A stretch of 64,000 nt of DNA, taken from the NCBI GenBank assembly GCA_964016885.1, contig OZ024741.1, positions 74,400,001 to 74,464,000 of the forward strand, given 5' to 3'. Origin of the DNA: Eledone cirrhosa. Lineage: Eukaryota. Positions 12,714 through 26,054 of the stretch are shown here, piece by piece; within the stretch, counting starts at the first letter, position 1, and each line of letters begins with the position of its first letter. A program made the translations under genes and the position numbers. The notes beneath the pieces were generated by a model. That model saw nothing but the letters and a program-made list of their open reading frames with translations, was not told the DNA's origin and searched no databases.

Positions 12714-13910
12714 AGTTATTTTAATATTGTTGTTATTTTCTCAGTTGAGTTGTATGAGCAGATTTCTGTCAAATCAATAGTTTGTATATTTGCATTCCAC
12801 AGATTTAGTGGTCAATTTATAATGTGCCTCTGCATAGTTGAGAAGCAGACTGCACACTGACTCTGCAATGATTTATTGTGTTAGGTGCAGTGTGCCAGTC
12901 TGAACATGCTACATTTCCTCCATGTGTAACATGTTGTTGTTGTTAAGTAAGCCTTGCTCAATTGAGACCCACATAATCACCAACAACTGTTTTTCAAGTG
13001 AGCCCTTATACACTATACATAAGTATATCTATAATATTCACAGAAAAGACATGAACATAATTCGAAGAAGTCTTGTGTTTATGCAAAACATGTTTTAAAG
13101 TCTTTAGTTATCAGTACACCTCATTAGCACATTTGAGACACCTTATCTTCTGATTCAAAGCCATTAAACTTCACTTCTATTTCCATAATTTTGGCTCTCA
13201 CTTCTATCAAGCTATCTATATAATTAATGGTCATATCTTGTCTTTCTATGCTTTTTGTTGTTGTCATTTATTTTCTCTTTTTAAAACTTGCAGCTGATAT
13301 AGTCTTATGTCATCATCATTATTTAATGTCCACCCCACTGCTGGCATGATTTAGATGGATCTCATAATCTCTGACCATTGGCTGTGGTCTTTCATCACCT
13401 GGCACATCGCCCCTTCCCCAAACAAACATCCTGACAATAACAGAGAAAACTGCTAATTGGGTCTGTTGTGGTATGCTTTGTTTTGGCATATCTTTTATGT
13501 TTGTATGCTCTTCCTACCACCAACCATTTTACACGTGGACTGAGTGTATTTTATTATGCTACAAGTACCCAAGAGGTTGCTTGAACCAGGTATAAGGAGT
13601 CTCCAGTCTTACAATTGTTAAACTCATTTAACCCTTTTGTTTCCATATTTCTAATGAAAGACACTGCCTATGTCTTTCAAATCATTTTGAAAATATAAAG
13701 GAGGTATTTACTGGGTAATATAACTAACTTTCTTATTATTAAGCTGATGTTTGGAGCATAACTTAACAAAGGTTCATACAGAAAATTCATACAAAGTTTT
13801 TACTTAAATATAAACACATTAACGCTTCAGGTACCATATTTCTAATGAAAGATACTGCTTATGATTTTTAAATCATTTTGAAAATAATCAAGAATTTGGT
13901 GGAATTTAAT

Positions 13911-14095
13911 AATTGTTTCTACTTTTGGCACAAGGCCAGCAATTACCCAGTGTATTACTGGTACTTTATTTTATCGACCCCGTAAGGATGAAAGGCAAAG
14001 TTAACCTCGGCGGGATTTGAACTCAGAATGACAAGGGCCGTAACTCTATGCATCAAAGCATGGGGTCCGACCCTCTACCGATACTGCCAATCCAT
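13911..14095 (-). mobile_element. SINE family A copy inside a MITE
   Basis: Reverse-complement match to 16008-16202. Confidence 0.9.
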
Positions 14096-14999
14096 TAATA
14101 ATGAACTCTCTTATCAACTGATGATTTCAGCATAACTTAACAAAAGCTCTTACATAAAATAGTGATGGAATTTTTTAAGACAAATATAAACAATTTAAAA
14201 CAGACAGTTTTGTTGTTTGAAATGTAGATCACATTTTTATGCTGATAGGCAAATCTTCTCTGGTACAGAATGTTGCCAATCCTTATAATTCTCTTGTCAT
14301 CTCTGTTATGGGGTTTAGCTTGTTATGGTTGGTCTTCACTACTTCACTCCATATCTTAAAATAACTAAGTTTTTCTCTCATAAGCTAATATCTAGAACAT
14401 TATTTAAACAGAATTTCTATACTAAAATTATGATGGGATAAGGATAGACATTTTAAAATAAGCAGTTTTGAACCATAAATCGAGAGTGGTTTCAAATGGT
14501 TTATTATCAGATGTGTTAACCCCATGTCTGCATTTTTGTAAGGGAAAAAAATCAAAGAATTTTTTTCTATCAACTTATTGACTTTCAGAGTCAACAATTA
14601 GAAAAATAATTCTTAAAATTTCAATCAAGACTGCCTCAAATTAAAATTTTGTGGCAAAACATCCTAAGTAGCTAAGAATTCTGCCAGTCATCCACAACTG
14701 GACTGGTATGTTATTTATCAAGCCTAAAATGATGAAAGGCACAGTTGACCACAATGGGATTTGAACTCAGAGTGCAGAGAACTGGAACAAATACTGAAGA
14801 ATCTAATCTTATGCTCAAATGACTCTGCCAATTTCTAAAACAATTTCTGAAACAAAACCAATTTTATTTTTATTAGTTTATTGACCTTCAGAAAGTCAAG
14901 TGTTATGCTATGAAAATAATTATTAAATTTCAATCAAGATTGTTCAAAATCCTTGAAAAATTAAAACTGTGTGACAAAATTTAATCAAATTTCATTTAC

Positions 15000-15056
15000 C
15001 TCTCGATAGTTTCGAACGCCAGCTTCCCTAAAAGTTGGCTTGCATCGCATATTTTT
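15000..15056 (-). CDS. DGKZ: Coding exon (57 nt, phase 0/0) of type IV diacylglycerol kinase, end of C1A and linker to C1B
   Basis: Long poly-T tract then ccAG|AAAAAT...CGAGAG|GTaaat translates as KNMRCKPTFREAGVRNYRE (compare recalled DGKZ INFRCKPSFRESGSRNVRE). Confidence 0.94.
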
Positions 15057-16007
15057 CTGGAAAAAAAAACAAAAAAAAAACATAAAAATTTATATTACAT
15101 TACACAAATTAAATGAAAATATAATAAAAAAAAAATGTTTCATAGATTTTCACCCTCACTATTTTCAAAGAAAGGAAACAATATTTAAATTAGTCTTTAT
15201 ATTGCTGATACTATCTGTTGGTCATACGGAAATCATGGCAGAAGGAGATGGGATTTGAACTCAGAACTTAAATGACCAGATCAGTTACTGTACTGACTCT
15301 TTAACAATTTCACCAATCTACAGCCCCTGGACTTAACTGGTATTTTATTTATCAAGCCAAAAAGGAGGTAAAAGGCAAAGTTAATCTTGACAAGATTTGA
15401 ACAAATACTAATGACTCTGCCAATATCTAAAACAATTTCTAAAACATCATTGGGAATATTATCGTTGTTCTACTTATGATGAGGTCATGAAAACAAAACA
15501 TGAAATTTACAGAGAAAAGGAAATGAGACTGACAAAATATTGGATGCCACTGTCAGTGACTATTTTGCTCATATCCTAGATGCCATATTGAAGGTGGTGG
15601 TGGTGGTGTTAGTAATGGGGTTACTGCATCCACAGCCAAATGGAATAAACTACTAAAATACTTTATTAGTCAGTAAATTACAATTTTCAACCTTTGTGAT
15701 TTGAGATGTTTAGGGGAAATGGGCCTCTGATAAAATTTTTTTGTTTTTATTTTTGTCATTGTTGGTGTTCACCTTACTGAAGTAGGGTGCTTGGCTATTA
15801 CAGCACCTTAGCCTTGCAGTGACCAACAGTAATGCCATGACTTGGCTTGCCTCGAATGTTTTTAGAGGGAAATACTACCATTCTCTTTTGAAGTGTGTAA
15901 TTGAATGTGAACGTCTTCTCTTGTTCTTCCTTTTATCTTCTTCCTTATGACACATTTTTTATTGATTTATTCCTTTTCTAAATCATAAACATTATTATTT
16001 TATTATG

Positions 16008-16202
16008 AGGGTGGTGGATTGGCAGTATTGGTAGAGGGTCGGACGCCATGCTTTCCAGCATAGTTACGTCCCTTTAGGATCTGAGTTCAAATCCCGCCGA
16101 GGTTGACTTTGCCTTTCATCCTTACGGGGTCGATAAAATAAAGTACCAGTAATGCACTGGGTAATTGCTGGCCTTGTGCCTAAAGTAGAAACAATTATTA
16201 TT
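16008..16202 (+). mobile_element. tRNA-derived SINE family A (about 195 bp), representative full copy
   Basis: A box TGGCAGTATTGG, B box GAGTTCAAATCC, conserved core GCCTTTCATCCTTACGGGGTCGATAAAA and an (ATT)n tail. More than 20 full or partial copies occur in the window. Confidence 0.9.
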
Positions 16203-19200
16203 TTATTATTTTTGGGTACCACATTAAAGGGATGTAGTCAATCATATCAATCCCAGAACTTATTTTTTTAAAGTCTGGTACTTATTTTATGAATCTCTTT
16301 TTGTTGTACTGCTAAGTAATGAGACATAAACACAGACACACATACATATATAATGGGCTTCTACAGTTTTCCCCAACCAACTTTCAAATTTCACTCACAG
16401 GGCATATGACCAAGGTGTCACACAGTGGGAGTGAACCTGAAACCTCAGTTGTGAAGTAAATTCCTTTACCATAGTCATGCCTGCTCTTATTAAAAATTAT
16501 ATAATTTAATTGGAATAATATTTGGAATTGAAATGTGTATTGATATCAGTATTAGTAACATAAACTTATAAAATATATAGAATGATCTAATAGAGTATCA
16601 CAATACAGAAATTATTAACTTGATTTTCTGATATTTCAATTAACATTATATTTAATTAATTAAATTCTACAACAATTTAATATTGAATTTAGTAAGGAAG
16701 AGAACTAATTATTGATTGTTTAACCCTTTTGTTACCAAATTTGAAATCATTTTGAAAATAATAAAGAATTTATAAAGACTTAGTAATATAACTTTCTCAT
16801 TACTAAACTGGCTGGGGTTTAGAACATGACTTAAAGTTTCTTACATAAAATTATGACAGAAGGCTTTTAGATAAATATAAACACTTTAAAATAAACAGTA
16901 ATGTATTGTTGAACCAGGGCAATTTCAGGTGGTTTGGTAAGAATAAGTTTATCCCTTTTGTTACCATATTTCTAATGAAAGACTGACAATCATTTTGAAA
17001 ATAATCAATATAGAGGGATTTATTAACATAACTATCTTTCTTATTAAGCTGGTATGTAGAAAACATAACTTAAAATTATGATGGAAAGTTTTTAGATAAA
17101 TGCTTTAAAGCAGACAGTTTTATCATGTAAAACCAACAGCTGTTTCATATGGTTTGTCCATCTATGTTTTATTTAACGGCTGTCATTTGTTAAGCCTAGG
17201 TCTGACCCAATCAAGTTGAAAGTTCTAACCATGAACATCTGCCATTTTTCCTTTTTTTTTCTTGTGCAGACAGCTTATCTAGAACAATATGATTTACTGA
17301 GTCATTCAAAATGTGTATAAATTTCTAAAATTTGTCACAAATTCTGACATTAGATTTAACTCTTCTAGTCACCTTTTCTTGTTTAGCAAAACTAATTCTT
17401 TCATGATAAACAACCACCAGTAAATTGATTTTTGTACAGTTCTATAAAGACTGACAATAAAGAGGTCTGAGTAGAGACCTTAATCTAAACTTCTGATTCC
17501 CCACATAACTTCATCATCTTCATCATCATTGTACATATGTTTTGCATACTGGTATAGGTTGAATGAGTTATCACCCTTCAAAATTAGATGGGTCGCAGAA
17601 CTACATTTTGCTCTTATGTTCCATTTTTTGTATGGTTTCAACTGCTAGATGCCCTTCCTAATGCCTATAGCTTTACAGAGTGCACAGTTTGTTTTATGTG
17701 GTCCCCATCACTAACATTTTACAGAGTGTACTGGGTGCATTTTATCATGACAGAAGCATCAAAATTATGTTTGTGTATAACTTTTCTTGAGAAATCTTAT
17801 GCAATCCTAAAAAAAATCCCTTTTGTTTATTATATAAAGAGCTATATCAGAAGTTCTATCTGAACATGTATTAACTGAGACAATTTTGAATATTTTATAA
17901 TTGAAACATACTATGGTAGAGACAGCTCTAGCATTTATTGATGGCTGTATTATAAGCAGTAAAAAAACTGATTGATAAAGGACAACATGATAACAAACAT
18001 TTTAAGTCTATCCTCCTTGCTTAAATAGGAGTTAGCCTTTAAACCCATCATGGGGAATTTTTCAGGCAATGTTTTAAAGATTGAGATTCCCTTCTTGGTA
18101 TCAACTCTTTTAATTACTTATTAAAACATGCAAGGATATAGTGTACCAATTTAAAACTGGATATACACATCAACCATTATATGAAGAGCTATATCAGAAT
18201 TTCTCTCTGAACATGTATTAACTATGACAGTTTTGAATATTTTGTAATTGAAATACACTGTGGTAGAGACAACTCTAATATATACTGAAGGATATATAAT
18301 AAACAGCAAAAAAAAAATGAAAATAAAACTAATCAAAGAAGTTGAAAGAAAGATATATTGTCGACATTGTATGATGAGTCAGTTGTCTATTGATATTTTG
18401 TTGTTATTGTGTACAATGAAAATAAATTTGATTGAACTGACAGAAAAAAAACAAAATGAATCAATTACTCAGATTAAAAGTAAATATTCGATTGCTTGAT
18501 TTATTGATTGGGTAAGTTTCACAATATACAATTACAGAGGACCTGCATCTTATATAGAAAATATTTGTTTTTTATTTAATTAAAAAAAAAGCTGTAAAAC
18601 TCAATGTCCCATTTCAGTATTACTAAATTGAAGGAAGAAAACTTTAAACACTATTGATATCATACATAAGCACTTTTTTATAAGGCATTTGAACACAAGC
18701 ACTTTTTTATAAGGCATTTGAACACAAGCATTTTTTTAAAATAACCAATTGAACACATAAGATGTAGGGTCACTGTATCAAAGCAGATATATATGTGTGC
18801 AATAAAGTTTTATTTGTATATATACACAACAGAAGTGACTGAAACTATGTAAATGTGTAAATAAATTTACACATTTTTAGTTTTTGGGTAGGAAAACATG
18901 TCAAATATATGTATTTCCCTGTAAATTGAAAAAAAATTGGTAAACACGTTTAACTAGTTTTCAAGCCTACATGCATCAGAATGCATGTATATCATTTAAA
19001 CTACCACAAGGAAATATATAACTGAGGTACTTATATGCTTAATGCCTTATGCTTTCTGGAGTGCATTTGATTGTTATACAAGCACTAGGGGGTTATCATG
19101 ACTTTGACTTGGCTGAAGAGTCTTCCTGACCCTTTGTGGGGCAGGATTTTAATGGTTGTATGCCCTTCCTATTATCAATACTAGAAAAGTTGTCTTATAC

Positions 19201-19416
19201 AACTAAAGAGTCCTCTTGAGTCTTTTTTGCATGGTTTCTTCAGCAAGTTGACTTTTCTATCACCATCCACATTACAGGATGTACTGGGTACATTTTTTTG
19301 CAACACCAACCCTAGAGAGATTATTGCCCATTGACTTAACAGGGTTGGGTAGGGGTTGGGATATGTTGTGGCCAATGGTTGTGAAATTTGACACAGTGGT
19401 GAGTAACCTTTAACAG

Positions 19417-20300
19417 TGCAACCATTCCTCCAGACACAACCAACCTACCACACACAACCAACCTACCACACACAATCATCCAACCACACACAACCATTCT
19501 ACCACACACAGCCATCCAACCACGCACAACCATTCTACCACACACAACTATTCTTCCAGACAACCATTCTGCCACACACAACCCTTCTTCCAGACACAAT
19601 CATTCTTCCAGACACAACCATTCTACCACACACAACCATTCTTCCCGACACAACCATTCTGCCACACACAACCATTCTTCCAGGCACACACACAACCATT
19701 CTTCCAGGCACACACACAACCATTCTTCCAGACACAACCATTCTACCACACACAACCATTCTTCCCGACACAACCATTTTGCCACACACAACCATTCTTC
19801 CAGGCACACACACAACCATTGTTCCAGACACAACCATTCTACCAGACAACTATTCTTCCAGACACAACCATTCTGCCACACACAACCATTCTTCCAGACA
19901 CAACCATTCTACCACACACAACCATTCTACCACACACAACCAACCTACCACACACAACCATCCAACCACACACAACCATCCAACCACACACAACCATTCT
20001 ACCACACACAACCATTCTACCACACACAACCATTCTTTCAGACACAACCATTCTTCCAGACACAACCATTCTACCACACACAACTATTCTTCCAGACAAC
20101 CATTCTGCCACACACAACCCTTCTTCCAGACACAACCATTCTACCACACACAACTATTCTTCCAGACAACCATTCTGCCACACACAACCCTTCTTCCAGA
20201 CACAACCATTCTTCCAGACACAACCATTCTACCACACACAACCATTCTACCTCACACAACTATTCTATCACATACAACCATTTTATCACACACAACATAC
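19417..20300. repeat. 18-bp minisatellite, consensus ACAACCATTCT(A/T/G)CCA(C/G)AC, about 880 bp
   Basis: Directly visible, with 16- and 22-nt variant units and a 70-bp higher-order unit. Confidence 0.95.
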
Positions 20301-21399
20301 ATAACTTGCCTTAAGGAAATATTTGCAGTATTGATAAAAGCTAGTACATATTTATACAATGAAATTACGTGTCCAACTTTATGGAAAGCCAGAGAGACCA
20401 TAATCAATAACCTGATTTCAAGCTAAAAATATCATTATTTATTCAGTTAACAATTAATATAATTTTTACTACCAACCTAGGCGGCAAACTGGCAGAGTAA
20501 TTAGAACATCAGACAGAATACTTTGTGGTATTCGATTACCTCACAGCACCCTATGAGTTCAAACGCCACCAAGGTAAACTTTACCTTTCAAGACTGATAA
20601 AAAAATGTCCCAGTCCAGTACATTCTTCCTATATTTCTCTTTCTCTCTCTCCTTCTCTGGATGAAATAAGCTGCTTTTAGACCTGGAGAGAAGATAGGCA
20701 CTGCCAGGTTTAAAAAAGGCCTAAGACACACCACAATAACTATGTCACCACAGCACCCCATACGACTCCACCAGGGAGTAATGGGTACATACATATTACT
20801 AACCCCGATTCTAATCATGATCTGTCCTGTCACATTCCTCCAATAACTTTTGTACTCTCGTACTTTAGGATGGTCATACAATGACAATAACAAGAAGCAT
20901 TTTAATGAAATTTTTATGCAAATGTAGGGGTTAGCTTTGTGGGTTCCATGACAGATTTCATATTCACCATTAGGATACTTATGAGGCAGTGGTCTCTCAA
21001 CAAATTCCCTTTCTGACAACAACCCTTTCAGTTACTTCTTACAACATGCAGCCATACAGTGTATCAACATTAAGCTGGATACACAAGGATACTAGGTCAT
21101 ACTGGCAATCAAAACCCATATATTGGCTTTGTATTATTAATAAATTAGATGATTAGTTCTTCAGTCAGTTGGTTAATCAATTAATTGGTCCATCAAAATT
21201 CTTTCATCACAGCATGTGACCGTTTTGTACATTCTTTTCCTTTTTGTTGTATTTCACTATGAATCCTTTTGATACCAAACTACTTGAAACTGTCCCTGGT
21301 TTTATAATTCAAAATAGTTTTTTTTAAAGGTTTTGAACTCTGATTGCAAAGAGCTGGACTAGATATCCAATGCTCTAATGACTCTGTCTGGTGGTAAAA

Positions 21400-21735
21400 A
21401 AAGGGTAAAGACTCCCTCTCCCTTTCGTCATGAACGACCATGGGATTTGTACCTAGAAAGTTTCCCTCCAAGGTACAAGCCCATGCAAGGTTGTTTGTTG
21501 AAGACCAGCAGTCACCCATGCATACTAGTCTCCACACTCCATGCCACTGATGTCCAAGGGAAAGGCAATGATTCATACAGCTTGGCACCAGTGACACCAC
21601 AACTAATTTTTACAGCTGAATAAACTGGAGCAATGTGAAATAAAGTGGTTTGCTCCAGGACACAATGCATTACCCAGTCTGAGAATCAAACTCACAACCT
21701 CCTGATTGTAAGCTCAATGCTCTAATCAGTAAACC
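21400..21735 (-). mobile_element. SINE family C, representative
   Basis: Shares GGAGCAATGTGAAATAAAGTG..TTGCTC with 46660-46930 and 47770-48080, and AAAGGGTAAAGAC..TCATGAA..ACCATGGGATTTG with 60420-60630. tRNA-like head at the high-coordinate end. Confidence 0.7.
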
Positions 21736-21821
21736 ATAAGATTAATTTTAATCCTTTCATAACCATGTTTCCATAAAAAAACAGTGCCGAAGACATTCAA
21801 ATAATTTAGTTATATAACTAA

Positions 21822-23030
21822 AGTTCTAGTTTGTAGGAAGGAAAATAGGGCGCCGGTCCCATCCGGGAAATGGCCATGCTCAGTGTGTAGAAAAGGAGTA
21901 GATAGAAACTCCATTTTATGTCCCAAATGCAAAGTATGGGTGCATAAAAGATGTAGTGGGATCACAGGTAAGCTAACTAAGAACATAGATTTTACATGTG
22001 GCCGGTGCTCTGGTGCAATAAGTAGCAGCAAGTGCCCACAGAATACTAGCTCTTTCAATTGCACAGAGGGTTCTATAGAAATAGTGGACAGCTTCCGTTA
22101 ACTGGGTGACAAAATCAGCAGTGGGGGAGGGTGCTCTGAAAGTACAGTAGCTAGAGTCAGAACTGGATGGAAAAAGTTCAGAGAGCTTATACCACTATTA
22201 GCCGCTAAAGGGTTCTCCCTAAAAATGAAAGGCAGGCTGTATGATGCCTGCATACGAACAGCAATGTTGCATGGCAGTGAGACCTGGGCATTGCGTGCAG
22301 AGGATATACGCAGACTAGAGAGGAACGAAGCTTGCATGCTCCGCTGGATGTGTAATAGTAATATACGTGAACGGCAAAGCATTAACGAACTAAGGGAAAA
22401 ATTAGAAATAAGAGGGATCAGATGTTTACTCGAGAGAAGGCTACGTTGGTATGGTCACATAATGCGCATGAAAGACAGCTGTATAAAAAAGTGCAGGGAA
22501 ATAAAAATAGACGGTGGCCACGGAGTAGGCAGACCCAGAAAAACCTGGGACGACTTGATAAATTCCGACCTCACACACTTACACCTCTCCAAGACAATGT
22601 CACTGGACCAAGATCTTTGGCACTACACAGTAATAGAGAAGACCCGCCTTACCTAAATACAAAGTAAAACCTACTACAGTCAGTAGGCACCTCTAACAAA
22701 ATACACCCCTGTCCCACTACCCCCGCCCCATTCAATGTAAAGTTATGTTGGTACCACAACATCCAGGCCGAAACAAATGAGGTCGTGTAGGTGTCACGAC
22801 AAAAAAAAACACACAGTCCATGCTGTAATGTGGCCATGTAGGTAACACGGTAAAAACCTCCCAGTTCCACACTGTAAATGTGGTTGGTGTTAGGAAGGGC
22901 ATCCAGCCATAGAAAACCCGCCAGACAGTCCTATGCGAGCAAGACAACCACTCTTGCCTCAAGTGGGAAAACTCCCGTCCAAACCCATGCAAGCGTGGAA
23001 TATGGACGTTAAACGATAATGATGATGATG
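21822..23030 (+). mobile_element. RTE family 1 copy, 5'-truncated and disrupted, inserted into a MITE
   Basis: Very similar to 4440-5647, with a TAC>TAA stop at about 22099 and small deletions. (GAT)n tail. AACTAA is duplicated at 21816-21821 and 23031-23036. Confidence 0.93.
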
Positions 23031-25309
23031 AACTAACATTCTCATTATTAAGTTGATATTTGGGACAAAGATTTTTACATAAAATTATGATGGAAGGTAT
23101 TTCCAAATTCTTGATCATTTTCAAAATGATTTGAAAATTATAGGCAGTGTCTTTCATTATATTGTAATGAAAGGGTTAATTTATGAATCTCTTTCATATG
23201 ACTGTCTTTAATCTATAACTATTTGGTCTCATAAATATTGTTTTAAATTTCAATCATACAAAGTATATCAAATTTTATTGATTATCTATATAAATACCCA
23301 AACTACAGAAATTTCTGTAAATATTGAATAAAATAACTGAATCTCCTTAAAGAGAAAAGTCTTGAAGATAATAACATTTAATAAAATATAAATTGTCATT
23401 TTTATTCCATAATTTCCAAAGCAAAAAGAAAAAAAGTTTTAAATTTTGCAGATGACATTTTCTTCAGAAACAGAAAAAAATAGTGTGCATGAATGAAGAA
23501 GCATAAATAAGGTTAAGAAAAAAAATATGGGCATAAGAGGAATCAGTTGTACAAGAGAGATTTACTGGCATGGACATGCAATGCATATGGATGATGATCA
23601 CTAGGAAAAGAAATGTCAAGAATTCCAAGTGGAAGAAAGTTGCCAAAGTGGAAGACCAATAAAAAGCTGAGAAGTGGTGAGAGATGTTCTCAAAATACTA
23701 AATCACAAAGAGAAGATGATAAAAGATTGTGACAAATGGAGAAAAACTGTACTCGAGAAAATGCACCCAACTCATGCTAGCAGGGAATGATGGCCATAAA
23801 TATGATGATTTGGTGACAGGTGTAACCAAAAAGAAAAAGGTTACCAAATGATAGATTAACTGATATTTACAAATACTTTAATGTTTAACACAACTATTAT
23901 ATTGTGATCTGCATTAAAAGCTTTCATAAAAAACATATTGAAATATTTTTCTTTAAGAAAATGTTGGTAATGACTTTCTATGAAAAACAATATGTAGCAT
24001 TACATAAAACTTCATTTTTATATAACAAAATTTAACCTTTAGTCCTTTTGATACCGAACCACTCCCACCGATTCTATATTAAAGTGTTTACATTTACCTA
24101 AAAATCCTACGTCTTAATTTTATGTAGGAACCTTTGTTATGTTCCAAACACAAGCTTAATAATAAAAAAGTTACATTACTTAATCTTTCCAAATTCTTAA
24201 ATATTTTATGTCAGAATTTTTGTAAAGTTATGTTTCAGACACCGGATAAATAACAAGAAAGGTATTTTACTGAATCCGTTGAAATACCTGATTATTTTCA
24301 TTATAACAAAAGGGTTCATTGCAACTTCTCAAAGTGGGAGAAATATGTTGTTATTATGTAAAATATGTGATTCAATTTTTTAGCATGTTTCTTATTGGAT
24401 GAGAATTATAACCATCAAAAGGCAGTTGTGCATCTTAAGGAAGAATAGTAAGTTACAAAGCAACTTACTGAAATGTATTGACTTGTTTATTATTAACAAT
24501 TGCATTTGTAGAAATGTTCAACTTTTGTAATGTAATCTTATATAATAGACATGTGAACTCTAAGTCATATAAATGGTTCTTGATTATACAAAATATATTT
24601 TGAAAGAATTTTGTTATTTAAAACACTGTAAGCCTCAAGAATATAAATAACATTCAGTTTAATACTGCTAATCTATCCAAAAATATCTATTTTACTCTTC
24701 AATTTCTTAATGGAATGAAAAGAAACTATCACAAACATCTGGTTGTATTTAGGTAAATCCTTTTAAAGTATATTATAAAGCAGAAAAACCTGTTATGTAT
24801 GTATTATAATAGTACAAATATTAAGCCTTTTGATACCAACTTATCCAAAACTGGCACTGGGTCTTAGAAACAAACACTACCTGTTTTGAAGGGTTCTTAT
24901 TTAGATTACAATTTTCCAGCATAATTTTATATAAGAATCATATGTAATGAAATAATTATTAATTTCAGTAAATCTTTCCAAATTCTTCATTAATTAATTG
25001 AAATAGAGTACATTTTATTAGAAATATGGTAATGAAAGGGTTAAAACCTTATTTTACACACACACACACACTCTCTCTCTCTCTCTCCTAGTTTCAGTTT
25101 ATTATTAGACTGTAGCCATATTTAGTCGATCATGTGCCCAAATTCATTTTTTCATGTCTGATACTTATTTTATCAATTTCTTTTTTTTGAACTGCTCAAT
25201 TACAGAGAATAAATAGCAAATGTAAATAGAGACACACACATACAACACAGGGAAAATGTATTGATTTGTTTATTAGCAGGTAAAACGGATGCTAAATGGT
25301 GATGATATA

Positions 25310-25480
25310 TACAAAGGGCTCCTAAACAGTTTCTATCTACCAAATTTTATTCACAAGGCATTGGTCAACCCAATTATTTAGAAGAAAAGACACTTGCCCA
25401 AAATGCCATGCAGTGGGACTGAACATGAAAGAACATGGTGTTCAAGCAATCTTCTTAACGACACAGCCATGCCCACACCT
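25310..25480 (-). mobile_element. tRNA-derived SINE family B (CORE-like), representative
   Basis: Recurring block CAAATTTCACTCACAAGGCATTGGTC..GAAGACACTTGCCCAAGGTGCC..GGGACTGAAC..CTTAACCACACAGCC, also at about 6980, 8540, 9380, 16360, 38890 and 55250. Confidence 0.7.
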
Positions 25481-26054
25481 AAATATATGTGTGCATTGGT
25501 ATTATTAATAAGTATCTAATACACATATTTTAAATAAAACTATTTTTAGTTTTGTACCCAAGAGTAATTCTTGTGATAAAAGTATTTTTTTTAATGTGAA
25601 TGATTATTTTTATTTTTGTTATAAAAAGACATTAATGTAAATCAAAAGAAACTTATTACATAAAGAAATTGAAAGATTTTTTACATTTCAGTAGTTTTGC
25701 TTTTATGAAACTGAAACAAAAATTAATAATCTGGTTATTTTTAGTGCACATCACAGGAAAGAAGTGTGTAATAAATAAAAAAAATTATCAATTTACTAAA
25801 TATTTATTCAGTATTTCTATATTGTTAACTCATCCCACAAGAAAAAAGAAAAAAAAATCATCACTGTTTATTGTCTATTTTCCACACATGCATGGTTTAA
25901 ACAAACTATAATGTTATGAAGCTAAGCAGGTCAGGTTACCATGTCTGGTTCATATGTTCCCTTTTTTAAGTATTTTTGTATGGCTGGCAGTCCTTCCTAA
26001 AGCTAACCATTTTACAGCACGTACAGGGATTTTTTGTGGCATCAGCATTACCAT

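Noticed and set aside
16008-16100. tRNA gene
   Set aside because: A and B boxes are present but there is no cloverleaf, and it continues into the SINE body and tail in many copies.
19417-20300. CRISPR-like array
   Set aside because: Contiguous tandem units with no unique spacers, in a eukaryotic context with no cas genes.
19416-20426. 336-aa Thr/His/Pro-rich ORF and overlapping ORFs on both strands
   Set aside because: By-product of a stop-free minisatellite. There is no ATG start or splice signals, and 16- and 22-nt units shift the repeat frame without constraint.
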